64,000 nucleotides of DNA from Candidatus Latescibacterota bacterium (GCA_965116885.1 OZ220741.1:1696001-1760000); one strand, 5' to 3'. Counted from the first letter of the stretch, positions 39,805 to 49,615 are shown. Notes: generated by a model from the letters alone, not told the origin. Program-made: numbers and translations.

Positions 39805-40992
39805 ATGTATCGAAACGTTTTCTATATGATGCTGATCGTGCTTTTTCCCCTTTCGGGATACGCGCAATCAGATGTCGATATTGATTTTGACGATAACGGC
39901 GTCGTTGATGAGCGAGACCTCGCGGCTCTAACCGCAGCTTTTGGGACAAATCAAGCGCGGTATGATTTGCACCCAGACGGCGTGATTAATTTTCAAGATC
40001 TCATTATTTTTGCCGGTGCTTACAACCAGAGAGATACCTCTGAAGTCGTCGTACCGATTACCGAGGAGGCCGAGGAGCAAGTAGCTTCTGCTCAGGTCGA
40101 TTTTTTTGAGCTTTTGACGAATAGCCGGCCAAATGATCTGGCGATTGACTCACGAGGGTATATATGGTTTACAGAGGTGGGGGGCAATGCAATTGGTCGA
40201 TTAGAGCCGCGCACAGATGTGATTCTCAGATTTTCTTTAACCACGACGGGTGCACAACCACACAGTATTGTCCTCGATAGTCAGGGGCACGTCTGGTTTA
40301 CTGAAATTGCCGCCAATCGGATTGGTGTGCTGGCTCCTTTCTCCGGGGATATCCAGGAGTTTACTATTCCGACTCCGGGCAGTCGGCCAATGAGTTTGAA
40401 ATTTGACGATCAAGGGAGGCTCTGGTTTATCGAGAGTGCAGCCGACCGCATTGCCCGTTTGGATCCCGTCACCGAAACGATAACAGAATTTTCAATTGGT
40501 GAACAAGATGTCGCGCTTGGTTCGCTTCAGATAGATGACAGTGGGCAGGTCTGGTTCGTCGATCGCGAGCAAAGCCTGTTGGGGAAGCTCGACCCGGATA
40601 CCGAAGAGATTACAACCTTTTCGGTTTCAAATGATAGTCTTGCAATTGGACAAATGGGATTGGATTCAGTGGGGAAGGTGTGGTTTACGGATACGGATTC
40701 GACAAGGCTGGGCATGTTTGATTTTGTAACTCGACAAACGCGCTATTTCCGGTTTCCCGAAGAGATGGAATCTCCTTATGCTTTGGAGGTCGATTCGAAT
40801 GATCGCGTGTGGGTCGGTGGACAATCGTCGGGATGGCTGACCAGTTTTAGTTTGCAAGATACGACGTTTACGCTCTATGAGATTTCCAATGATGATGTTG
40901 AGGTCACAAACTTGCGCGTTGATCCCAGAGGTGTTGTCTGGATTGTCGATTCAACAGGGAACCAGATTGGGCGTATTGATACGTCTAATTAG
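39805..40992 (+). CDS. Secreted Vgb (virginiamycin B lyase)-like beta-propeller with N-terminal dockerin/EF-hand-like domain
   Basis: Signal peptide; DFDDNGVVDERD...DLHPDGVINFQD; ~42-aa repeats of D..G..WF.E...N.IG.L.P; start moved to MYRNV. Confidence 0.8.
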   Translation: MYRNVFYMMLIVLFPLSGYAQSDVDIDFDDNGVVDERDLAALTAAFGTNQARYDLHPDGVINFQDLIIFAGAYNQRDTSEVVVPITEEAEEQVASAQVDFFELLTNSRPNDLAIDSRGYIWFTEVGGNAIGRLEPRTDVILRFSLTTTGAQPHSIVLDSQGHVWFTEIAANRIGVLAPFSGDIQEFTIPTPGSRPMSLKFDDQGRLWFIESAADRIARLDPVTETITEFSIGEQDVALGSLQIDDSGQVWFVDREQSLLGKLDPDTEEITTFSVSNDSLAIGQMGLDSVGKVWFTDTDSTRLGMFDFVTRQTRYFRFPEEMESPYALEVDSNDRVWVGGQSSGWLTSFSLQDTTFTLYEISNDDVEVTNLRVDPRGVVWIVDSTGNQIGRIDTSN

Positions 40993-41054
40993 CTGTTTAT
41001 CTCATCCACCAAGAGGAACAGATTTTAAGGTCGAGCGGAAATAGGTCTGCAAGC

Positions 41055-41083
41055 AAGGCACTCTATATTTAGAGTGCTTTTTT
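41055..41083 (+). terminator. Intrinsic terminator
   Basis: GCACTCTA-TATT-TAGAGTGC followed by T6. Confidence 0.75.
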
Positions 41084-41158
41084 TATTTAAAAAGGCGTTG
41101 ACACACCCGAAGGGGCATACTACTATACTTTATCATATGCTAAAGTTATAAAGGGTCA

Positions 41159-42568
41159 ATGGTTATGAAATATTACAGTGCCATTTTTTGTTTTGCTCTT
41201 ATCGGATCGCTGGTTTTGCCATGTGATGCCGATCAGTTGGTGCTGATGTCGCCGCACTCAGATGAGATCCAAAACGAGTTTGAGTCGGCTTTTGTGGCTT
41301 TTTATAAAGAGACCACAGAGCGAGATGTGCGGGTAGAATGGCTCGATATCGGTGCGGGTACGAGTGCGATTTTGCGTTATATCAAATCGGAATTTGGGCG
41401 GTCGCCAGAAGGCATTGGCATCGATATCTTTTTTGGTGGGGGGACCACGCCTTATGTTGATTTGTCTGAGCGAGGGCTGTGTAGGCCCTATCGGTTGTCC
41501 GATGCCGCACTCAATCGATTACCCGCGCAGATTGGGGGGGTTCCGCTTTACGATTCGGCATATCAATGGTATGGTGCAACGCTGTCTGGTTTTGGTATTG
41601 TGTACAATCGACGCGTGCTTGAAATTTTGAATTTGCCCATCCCCCAAACCTGGGCGGATTTGGGTGCGCCGGAATTGTTCTCGTGGGTTGGTTCGGGCGA
41701 TCCGCGCAAGAGTGGCAGCGTGCATATGGCTTATGAATTAATTTTGCAGGCTTATGGCTGGGAAAGAGGATGGGAAGTGATTACCACAATGGGGGCCAAT
41801 GTGCGAAATTTTGGACAAGGTGGCTCTTATGCCCCCAGGGAAGTTGCTATGGGTGAGGTGGCTTATGGTTTGTCCATCGACTTTTATGCCTGGGCACAAG
41901 TCGCAGAAGTAGGCGATGAATATGTGGGCTTTGTGATGCCCGATAATTTGACCATTGTCAATCCCGATGGTATCGCCATATTAAAGGGTGCGCCAAACCT
42001 GGAGGTGGCACAGGTATTTTTGGCGTTTGTGATGTCCGATGCGGGGCAGAAGCTCTGGTTTTTGAAAAAGGGCGCGCCGGGCGGTCCTGTCGCAAAGCAG
42101 TTGAATCGGTTTACCGTATTGCCCGATCTATACAAGCACTATCAGAGTGATGCTGCGGTGACGTTAAATCCCTTTGAATGGCGTTCCGATTTGATATACG
42201 ATGCTGAGTTGGGCAGTGGGCGATGGCGCGTGTTGAACGATTTGATTGGCGTGATGGTCATTGACTCACATCAGGCATTGCAAGCTGCCTGGAAGGACGC
42301 GATGACAGATGGCGTGTCAGAAGAAGAACGCAAGACGCTGTCATCTGTTCCCATTTCAGAGGCTGAAGCACTGAAGTTGGAGCAGTCATGGGGAGATGCC
42401 GAGATGCGCAATCGGACAATGGCCGATTGGACGGATTTTGCGCGCGACAAATACGGTGCTCACGATGTGTCTTTGTCTGTGCGTATCACCAATGTGATTA
42501 CTCTATTTTTTCCTATGGGTATTGCCTGCTGTGTAGTGGCTTATTTGTGGCGTTTGCGCAGAAATTAA
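41159..42568 (+). CDS. ABC transporter substrate-binding protein (Fe3+/AfuA-like class)
   Basis: SPH, DIFFGGG, FGIVYN, P.TWADL, DPRKSGS, PDGIAILKGAP; extra C-terminal hydrophobic helix. Confidence 0.85.
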   Translation: MVMKYYSAIFCFALIGSLVLPCDADQLVLMSPHSDEIQNEFESAFVAFYKETTERDVRVEWLDIGAGTSAILRYIKSEFGRSPEGIGIDIFFGGGTTPYVDLSERGLCRPYRLSDAALNRLPAQIGGVPLYDSAYQWYGATLSGFGIVYNRRVLEILNLPIPQTWADLGAPELFSWVGSGDPRKSGSVHMAYELILQAYGWERGWEVITTMGANVRNFGQGGSYAPREVAMGEVAYGLSIDFYAWAQVAEVGDEYVGFVMPDNLTIVNPDGIAILKGAPNLEVAQVFLAFVMSDAGQKLWFLKKGAPGGPVAKQLNRFTVLPDLYKHYQSDAAVTLNPFEWRSDLIYDAELGSGRWRVLNDLIGVMVIDSHQALQAAWKDAMTDGVSEEERKTLSSVPISEAEALKLEQSWGDAEMRNRTMADWTDFARDKYGAHDVSLSVRITNVITLFFPMGIACCVVAYLWRLRRN

Positions 42569-42580
42569 AAAGGGTGCGAC

Positions 42581-43672
42581 ATGCTCAGAATCAGGCTGGA
42601 AAATGTGACCAAGCGTTTTGACAATGTTCTGGCATTGGATCGCATCAATCTGGAAATTGACGCGGGGGAGTTCTTTTTTTTATTGGGTCCCTCTGGTTGT
42701 GGAAAAACCACGTTGCTGCGTATTTTGGCGGGTTTTGAGCAGCCCGAGAGTGGTCGGGTGCTTTTTGATGAGCGCGATGTGACTGCTGTGCCTCCGCACG
42801 AACGCAATACGGGCATGGTGTTTCAGAATTATGCCTTGTGGCCTCACATGACGGTTTGGAAAAATGTGGAATACGGCCTTACGATGCGCAATATGCCACA
42901 GCACGAGCGCGACCAAAAAGTGAAGCGCGCTCTGGAAATGGTTCAGATGAGCGGTTATGCCAGGCGGTCGCCCAATCAGCTTTCGGGGGGGCAGCAACAG
43001 CGCGTGGCACTGGCGCGGGCACTGGTTATAGAACCGGATGTTGTGTTGTTGGACGAGCCGCTTTCCAATCTGGATGCGCGATTGCGGTTGGAGATGCGCG
43101 AGCAGTTGCTGGATTTACAGCGGACTCTGGATGTAACGATGATTTATGTGACACACGATCAAAAAGAAGCGCTGGCTATGGGCGAGCGCATTGCGGTTAT
43201 GCAGATGGGTAAGGTGGCGCAAATCGGTACGCCGCGGGATGTTTACAGGCAACCGCTCACGCGCTTTGTCGCGGATTTTATTGGTGAGATCAATTTGATT
43301 TCCGGGGAGATAAAATCTGTGGAATCCGGGGTGGTTGCTGCAACAGATGTGGGAGATATTCTCGGGCAGGCGGGATATGAGGGTATTCAGGTTGGAGATC
43401 GGGTGTTGTGCGCGATTCGACCCGAGGCGATAGGTTTTCTTTTAGATGAATCTGGAGCGGTAGATAATGTCATTTCTGGGCATGTGCGGCGTGCAATTTA
43501 TCTGGGCGAAGTCGAACAATTTTTTGTTGAATTGGCAAGTGGGGATCAGGTCAAACTGATTAAGTACGACGCGACTATGCAGCACGTACAACCCGGCGAT
43601 GAGGTGCGACTGGGGTTTTCGCAAGTGGTCATGTTGCGCGATGAAGCGGAGGACCGCGATGAAGCGGTTTGA
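42581..43672 (+). CDS. ABC transporter ATP-binding protein (PotA/FbpC-like)
   Basis: GPSGCGKTT, FQNYALWPH, LSGGQQQR, LLDEP, TOBE-like C-terminus. Confidence 0.93.
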   Translation: MLRIRLENVTKRFDNVLALDRINLEIDAGEFFFLLGPSGCGKTTLLRILAGFEQPESGRVLFDERDVTAVPPHERNTGMVFQNYALWPHMTVWKNVEYGLTMRNMPQHERDQKVKRALEMVQMSGYARRSPNQLSGGQQQRVALARALVIEPDVVLLDEPLSNLDARLRLEMREQLLDLQRTLDVTMIYVTHDQKEALAMGERIAVMQMGKVAQIGTPRDVYRQPLTRFVADFIGEINLISGEIKSVESGVVAATDVGDILGQAGYEGIQVGDRVLCAIRPEAIGFLLDESGAVDNVISGHVRRAIYLGEVEQFFVELASGDQVKLIKYDATMQHVQPGDEVRLGFSQVVMLRDEAEDRDEAV

Positions 43673-45344
43673 TCTCAATTGGCCCACGCTCATTTTCCTG
43701 GTGGGGTTGATCGGCTTTTTTGTCTTGTTTTTGTTTTATCCTCTGTGGTATGCCTTTGTGCAGTCGCTGGTGGTGGATGGCAGGTTCACGTTTGCGTTTT
43801 ACGAATTGATGGTGACGAGTCCGGTTTATCAAGAGGCCATTCTCAATAGCTTTCGGCTGGGGATGATTACGACCATTGCGACTACGTTGCTCAGCTTGCC
43901 TCTGGCGTTTTTGCTGGTGCGATACGATTTTGCTGGCAAAGGGTTTCTCAATGGTTTGATTTTGGTGCCGATGGTTTTGCCTCCGTTTGTAGGGGCTATT
44001 GGCATGAAGCAGATGTTTGCGCGTTTTGGCTCCATCAATTTGCTGCTTCTGGATTTGGGGCTTATCGATCAGCCTGTAGATTGGTTTGGTGGCGGTGGTT
44101 TTGTGGGTGTGGTGATTTTAGAGGTGCTGCATCTTTATCCCATTATGTATCTCAATGTGGCCGCTGCGCTTGCCAATGTCGATCCGAGTCTGGAAGAGGC
44201 GGCGCGCAATATGGGCAGCAAGGGGTTTCGCCTTTTTCGCACGGTGACATTTCCACTGATGTTGCCGGGCTATTTTGCCGGGGCGATTATTGTTTTTATC
44301 TGGGCGTTTACCGATTTGGGGACGCCGCTTATTTTTAATTATCGGCAGGTCGTAGCGGTCGAGATTTTTAATTCTATTGAGGATATTAACGAAAATCCGA
44401 TGGCTTACGCGCTCGTTGTCTTTGTGTTGTTGTTGACGGTTTTTTTCTTTTATCTGTCAAAGGCTACGATGGGCAATCGCCGCTATGAGATGATTGCGCG
44501 GGGGTATATCAGTTCGGGATCGCGCCCCGCTTCTCGCGGGATGACTGTGTTGATTTACGCCGCGATGTTGTCGCTTACGGGCATTGCTCTAATTCCGCAT
44601 ATGAGTGTGTTTTTGACGTCTATTGCCGAGCGCTGGTTTATGGCTGTGCTGCCCCAGGAGACGACCGGGCGATTTTATACGATGGTTTTTGAACATCCGA
44701 TGTCTCTGTCCAGTATTGAGATGAGTTTGATACTGAGTGTATTGAGTACGACGCTGGATATTGTTCTGGGTATTGCCATTGCCTATTTGTTGACGCGCAC
44801 CCGCATCCCGTATAAGGGCGTTTTAGATGCGATGGCGATGTTGCCCTTAGCTCTGCCCGGTCTGGTGCTGGCTTTTGGGTATCTGGCGGGGTATTCGGGT
44901 ACTTTTTTGGATGCGCGGCACTATCCCGTGCCACTGCTGGTCATTGCCTATGCGGTGCGGCGGTTGCCCTATATGGTGCGCGCGGCGTATGCGGGATTTC
45001 AGCAGACGAGTGTGACGCTGGAGGAGGCGGCTCAAAATTTGGGGGCTTCCCGGTTGCGCACGCTTTTTCAAATTACATTTCCGCTGATTTTAGCCAATCT
45101 GGTGGCTGGTGGTATTTTGTGTTTTGCGTTTGCAATGCTCGAGGTGAGCGATAGTTTGATTTTGGCGCTCAAGGACGAATACTATCCCATCACAAAAGCG
45201 ATTTACGCGCTTATGGGGCGCATTGCAGATGGCGCGTATCTGGCCAGTGCGATGGGTGTTTTTGGTATGGTGTTGCTGATTGTGAGTTTGTTTTTGGCCG
45301 GGCGATTTTTGGGTAGGCGCATGGGCGAGTTGTTCCGCGCCTGA
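43659..45344 (+). CDS. ABC transporter permease (FbpB-like, duplicated TM domain)
   Basis: Two EAA motifs (LEEAARNMG, LEEAAQNLG); start moved to MKRFDL. Confidence 0.92.
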   Translation: MKRFDLNWPTLIFLVGLIGFFVLFLFYPLWYAFVQSLVVDGRFTFAFYELMVTSPVYQEAILNSFRLGMITTIATTLLSLPLAFLLVRYDFAGKGFLNGLILVPMVLPPFVGAIGMKQMFARFGSINLLLLDLGLIDQPVDWFGGGGFVGVVILEVLHLYPIMYLNVAAALANVDPSLEEAARNMGSKGFRLFRTVTFPLMLPGYFAGAIIVFIWAFTDLGTPLIFNYRQVVAVEIFNSIEDINENPMAYALVVFVLLLTVFFFYLSKATMGNRRYEMIARGYISSGSRPASRGMTVLIYAAMLSLTGIALIPHMSVFLTSIAERWFMAVLPQETTGRFYTMVFEHPMSLSSIEMSLILSVLSTTLDIVLGIAIAYLLTRTRIPYKGVLDAMAMLPLALPGLVLAFGYLAGYSGTFLDARHYPVPLLVIAYAVRRLPYMVRAAYAGFQQTSVTLEEAAQNLGASRLRTLFQITFPLILANLVAGGILCFAFAMLEVSDSLILALKDEYYPITKAIYALMGRIADGAYLASAMGVFGMVLLIVSLFLAGRFLGRRMGELFRA

Positions 45345-45365
45345 TTATGAAATGCAAAGGGACTT

Positions 45366-48300
45366 GTGATGGACTTGCGGAGATGGATAATTATTTTTGC
45401 AGGGGGTGTGATAGGCATGGTCAATGCGGCGATGGCACAGAATACACCATGGCGCTATGATTTTGAGGCGTTGTCCGGGTCCTATCGGGCAGATGCAGGC
45501 AGTCAGGTTTCGCTTTCGACGAGGCGTTACAAGGGAGGAGCACAATCTCTGAAGTGGGCATGGCAGAATAATGGGCGGATTGTGTTCACGGATCCCGCGC
45601 CGGGACGTAGCGAGGTACTGATCGGATTTCGGGCGTGGGTGTACAACGAGGAAGCGCTCGATGAGGTGCTGACGTTTGGGTTTGGCACGGAATCTGAGTT
45701 GTCGGCAAATAATCCGCGTTACCAGTTTGAGTTTGGCTTGAATTTTACGGGCTGGCGGGCGATGTGGATCCATTTGCGAGAGGATGCGCGGAATAATTCT
45801 TATACGGGTCCGAGAAATGGGCGTGTGACGGCGTTTGAAATCAGGGCACCGAATAGCGGAGCTGTTTATCTGGATTTGATCGAGTTGGTGGAAAGGATTG
45901 ACTCCAGACGATCTCCAGATGCACAGGTTCCATTTGTGAATGGAGGTGCAAATACAAGTGGCGATAAAACCCGCGAATATCGATGGAGTCTGAATAGATT
46001 GCCGGGTCCGCTTCCTTCGCAGATTACCGATGATGAGAGACGGGCTTTTGAGACGATTGCCCGACGATATGAGGCATGGGTTCTGGGCGATGGGGTGAAG
46101 AATGATCAGCGGGAGCCTGTGAGGATTCGGCTCAATGAACTTACAGCCTATATAAGGCGTGGGCATAGCAATCTGGCGAATTACGAGATTCGGCGGGAAA
46201 ATGACCTCATTCTGGGTAAACCTCTGTTTGCGGCTCGGTCATCCTACAGGCCCTATTTTCAGAGTGTTTTTCAAAATGTCTTGTTGCGTCTGGTGCTGGA
46301 TTATCGGTTGAATGGCAATGAGGAGGCCAGAGACCGGGTGATAGATGTGTTCGATTATTTGCACGATCAAGGATGGGCAGAAGGCAGTGGTGTTGGCGCG
46401 TTGCATCACGAGTTTTTGCGGATTGCGAGCTATGCCCATGCGGTGTATTTGATGCGGGATATTTTGGAGGATACGGAACGGCTGGAACGGGAATTGGCGA
46501 GTTTGAAATGGTATAGCATGTTTGGCGAGTTGTATGAACAGACCTGGGATCCGGGCACGAATGCAGATTTTTTGCGTTCGGTGGCGATGTATCGTTTGTT
46601 GTGTATTTTGATGATGGACGATTCGCCCGAGAAGGTGGCGAATATGCGCCGCTATGTTGTATGGCTGAATAATGCGCTGGATATTGCACCCGGGTGGCTG
46701 GATACGATTAAGCCGGATTACACGGGTTTTCACCATCGGGGTATTTACGCCAATGCGTATGCGCCAAATGCTTTTCACGTGGCTTCTGTGCTGGTGTATT
46801 TGTTGCACGATACGCCTTTTGCAGTTGGGGATGAGAAGCGCGATAATTTGAAGCAGGCGCTGTTGACGTCCAGGATTATGGCGAATACGTATGATATTTC
46901 AACGGCCATTAACGGGCGTTTTCCGCTTAATACAACAGTCACCGATGGTCTTTTGCCGGCGTATATGTATGTGGCTTTGAGTTATCCTTCGGTGGATGCG
47001 GAATTATCGGGCGCGTTTATGCAGCTTTGGAAACCGGATTCGCAGTTGCTGATAGAAGGTTTGTTCGAACAGGTAGCTTCGCGGATTATGTATTTGCACA
47101 CGCCGGGTGCGATGCAGATGATGGCGGATTTTGCAAGTGCGGGGTACGCACCTGTTGCTGAGCCTTCTGGGCACTGGACGTTGCCTTATGGTGCGTTGTC
47201 CATTCATAGGCGTGCGGACTGGATGGTGAGTATGAAGGGGTGGAGCAAGTACGTGTGGGATTACGAGTCGTCAGTCGGTGGTGAAAATCCGCTCGGTCGT
47301 TATTTGAGCTATGGTTCGATGCTGATTTACGCCAGCGGTAATCCGGTTGGCCGGGAGGCGAGTGGGATTGTGCGAGATGGGTGGGATTGGAGTATGTGGC
47401 CGGGTACGACGGTGATTCGCCTGAGTCATGAGCAGCTCAAACACGAGGGGCGGGATCGCAATTTTTCGGATGAGACTTTCGTGGGTGGGGTGAATATAGA
47501 AGGGCAGAATGGTGTGTTTGCACTGAAGTTGCACGATACGAGGTTCAATACGAGTTTTCGAGCGGTTAAGACGGTGTTCTGTTTTGATGATGTACTTGTT
47601 TGCCTGGGGTCGGGTATTGAGAACGATGATGGTGGTCATACGACGGTGACGCCGTTGTTTCAGGCGGCTATTTCTGAGGATCGTTCTACGGGGGTGAATG
47701 GGGAGCGTGTGCATGCGATTCCCTATACGTTTTCGGGGATAGAGAGACAGAGGGCATGGCTAATGGATTCACGGGGCAATGGGTATGTGATCCCCGATGG
47801 TGAGGGTCTGCAGGTGCAGCGTAGGGTGCAAACTCCTGGAGACTTTGGCAACGAGGGTGGTACAGGGGCTTTTGAACTGGCGTATCTGGATCACGGTAGC
47901 GCGCCTCAGGGTGCGTCATATCACTATGCCGTGCTGGTGCAGAGGTCGCCTGATAGGGTGCGTGTGTTTGCCAATGCACCGGAATACGATGTGTGGCAAC
48001 GAGATGGTCAGGCACATATTGTGCGTCATAGGGGGATGAAGATGACGGGTTACGCGCTGTTCGATAAGGATGCAAGGCCAACAGGCGGTCCAGTTGAGTC
48101 TGTGTCTTTGCCGAGTTTGGTAATGTCCCGAGAAGTGGATGATGGGTTATTGCTTTCAGTGGCTGATCCGGATTTTGGGTGGCGTTGGGAGATTCAGACG
48201 CCGCATCGCCAGGATGGTTCGCTAATTGTCAATCAGCCGAGTGAGCCTCGGAAGGTAGAGGTGATAGTGCGCGGCAAATGGCGTTTGGATCAATCCTATG

Positions 48301-48638
48301 ATCTGGTAGAGATTGTAGAGGAGAGCGAGGATCAGACGGTTGTGGCGTTTATCTGTCAGGACGGCAAAAGCGTGGAGGTGAAACTGGTCAGGCCAGGTAT
48401 TGGTGTTGCAAATCTGGATTTTGATGGAGACGGTGCGGTTGGGTTCACGGATTTTTTGCTCTTTTCCAGCAAATTTGGTCTGTCGGAGGGGGATGCGGGT
48501 TTTGAAGCACAATACGATCTGGATGGTAATGGTATGGTGGGGTTCAGCGATTTTCTGATTTTTGTACAGGGATTTGGCAAACCAGTGAGTGGAAAACCCG
48601 TTGCTCTCCGGAATGGAGGAGAAAGATTGGGGTCGTGA
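45366..48638 (+). CDS. Chondroitinase ABC-like polysaccharide lyase (PL8) with C-terminal dockerin/EF-hand-like domain
   Basis: Signal peptide; SLKWAW, LNFTGWRA, DQGWAEGS, IKPDYTGFHH..Y...Y, GRYLSYG, GWDW..WPGTT; C-terminal DFDGDGAVGFTDF...DLDGNGMVGFSDF. Confidence 0.85.
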   Translation: MMDLRRWIIIFAGGVIGMVNAAMAQNTPWRYDFEALSGSYRADAGSQVSLSTRRYKGGAQSLKWAWQNNGRIVFTDPAPGRSEVLIGFRAWVYNEEALDEVLTFGFGTESELSANNPRYQFEFGLNFTGWRAMWIHLREDARNNSYTGPRNGRVTAFEIRAPNSGAVYLDLIELVERIDSRRSPDAQVPFVNGGANTSGDKTREYRWSLNRLPGPLPSQITDDERRAFETIARRYEAWVLGDGVKNDQREPVRIRLNELTAYIRRGHSNLANYEIRRENDLILGKPLFAARSSYRPYFQSVFQNVLLRLVLDYRLNGNEEARDRVIDVFDYLHDQGWAEGSGVGALHHEFLRIASYAHAVYLMRDILEDTERLERELASLKWYSMFGELYEQTWDPGTNADFLRSVAMYRLLCILMMDDSPEKVANMRRYVVWLNNALDIAPGWLDTIKPDYTGFHHRGIYANAYAPNAFHVASVLVYLLHDTPFAVGDEKRDNLKQALLTSRIMANTYDISTAINGRFPLNTTVTDGLLPAYMYVALSYPSVDAELSGAFMQLWKPDSQLLIEGLFEQVASRIMYLHTPGAMQMMADFASAGYAPVAEPSGHWTLPYGALSIHRRADWMVSMKGWSKYVWDYESSVGGENPLGRYLSYGSMLIYASGNPVGREASGIVRDGWDWSMWPGTTVIRLSHEQLKHEGRDRNFSDETFVGGVNIEGQNGVFALKLHDTRFNTSFRAVKTVFCFDDVLVCLGSGIENDDGGHTTVTPLFQAAISEDRSTGVNGERVHAIPYTFSGIERQRAWLMDSRGNGYVIPDGEGLQVQRRVQTPGDFGNEGGTGAFELAYLDHGSAPQGASYHYAVLVQRSPDRVRVFANAPEYDVWQRDGQAHIVRHRGMKMTGYALFDKDARPTGGPVESVSLPSLVMSREVDDGLLLSVADPDFGWRWEIQTPHRQDGSLIVNQPSEPRKVEVIVRGKWRLDQSYDLVEIVEESEDQTVVAFICQDGKSVEVKLVRPGIGVANLDFDGDGAVGFTDFLLFSSKFGLSEGDAGFEAQYDLDGNGMVGFSDFLIFVQGFGKPVSGKPVALRNGGERLGS

Positions 48639-48656
48639 TAGTTTGAAGTCACCAAT

Positions 48657-48691
48657 AAAAAAAGCCGCCACACAATGTGGCGGCTTTTTTT
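48657..48691. terminator. Bidirectional intrinsic terminator
   Basis: A7-GCCGCCACA-CAA-TGTGGCGGC-T7 between convergent genes. Confidence 0.9.
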
Positions 48692-48968
48692 ATTCCTTAG
48701 AATGCGACTTGTCCCAAATGGGTTTTACTTTTTCGATAACTTCGGCATCGGTCGGACTGGATGCGACGATGTTTGTAAATTCTTCAGCTTCAACCCCAAG
48801 TTCCTCCAGGAACTTTCGGTCAGCTGGTCACGGATAGACGTAGTCACCGATGCAGCCTCGCAACTTGGCGCGGGCTTTATCTGTAATGCGCGGGAGCCAG
48901 GGCATGTCGCCCATGTAAAGCTGACGGCTGCGCGGTCTAAAATCAACAGCGGAACTGAGTTTGTCCAT
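48690..48968 (-). CDS. DUF5069-like small protein with in-frame TGA (candidate selenoprotein, Sec47)
   Basis: Hand translation: MDKLSSAVDFRPRSRQLYMGDMPWLPRITDKARAKLRGCIGDYVYP(TGA)PADRKFLEELGVEAEEFTNIVASSPTDAEVIEKVKPIWDKSHSKE-TAA; AAGGAGG RBS; terminator directly after TAA. Confidence 0.8.
48785..48827 (-). promoter_or_regulatory. Candidate bacterial SECIS hairpin
   Basis: Directly 3' of the UGA: CAGCU/AGCUG and GACC/GGUU lower stems, apical AAGUUCC-UGGA-GGAACUU (48815-48798). Confidence 0.7.
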
Positions 48969-49031
48969 TTTTCATATCCCTCCTTGTGTTGTGATAGTTA
49001 AAACATAGTGATTTTGGCGATGGATAGCAAG

Positions 49032-49604
49032 TTAGAAAGTGAGGGTGTATGTGCTCAATGTTGTGTCGCCGTATTTTTTTTGTCGGGAGAGGGTGAGCTT
49101 GGAAAAGGATTCTGGTAGCGGTGTGCGAGAGGTGTGTTGGACGAGAACGCGGGCGTTGGGAGCGAGTATCGGAATTGTTGCGAGGCGGGTGAGTATCGCG
49201 CAGGACATGGGGTGTCCGCCTAATTGTTGTTGGTAGGGAGGATCGAGGTATATGATGTCAAATATGGAACGGGACCGCACGAGTTGGGGCAAGAGTTTTT
49301 GCGCGGGACGCGCGTAAAGATAGATGCGATCGTTGAGATGCCAATTGTCTATTAGCTGTGCGATGAAGCGGTTGCAGCGGCGGTCGGGTTCGTTGATGAC
49401 CACCTGCGCACCGCGGCTACAGGCTTCGAGGCCGATTTGACCCGAGCAGGAGAAGAGGTCGAGGAAATAACTGCCGCAGAGGATTTCGCCGAGGGAAGAG
49501 AATACGGCTTTTTTGACAAAGTCGGATGTGACGCGGGCATTGCCGTACTTTTTGTTGTTAAAGGGGATGCGGCGGCCCTTAAATTCCCCAGCGATGATGC
49601 GCAT
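49032..49604 (-). CDS. rsmD: 16S rRNA (guanine966-N2)-methyltransferase RsmD family
   Basis: MRIIAGEFKGRR, LDLFSCSGQIGLEACSRGA, DIIYLDPPY, KKYGDT. Confidence 0.88.
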   Translation of the reverse strand: MRIIAGEFKGRRIPFNNKKYGNARVTSDFVKKAVFSSLGEILCGSYFLDLFSCSGQIGLEACSRGAQVVINEPDRRCNRFIAQLIDNWHLNDRIYLYARPAQKLLPQLVRSRSIFDIIYLDPPYQQQLGGHPMSCAILTRLATIPILAPNARVLVQHTSRTPLPESFSKLTLSRQKKYGDTTLSTYTLTF

Positions 49605-49615
49605 AAGAGCGTGTT

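Noticed and set aside
43637..43667. 13-bp direct repeat CGCGATGAAGCGG at the ATPase/permease overlap
   Set aside because: Small local duplication without evidence of mobility; only makes the permease start ambiguous (43641 vs 43659).
48675..49001. ORF-track calls 48675-49001(+), 48725-48946(-) and 48589-48837(+)
   Set aside because: Shadow frames of the TGA-containing DUF5069-like gene, which has the RBS and terminator.
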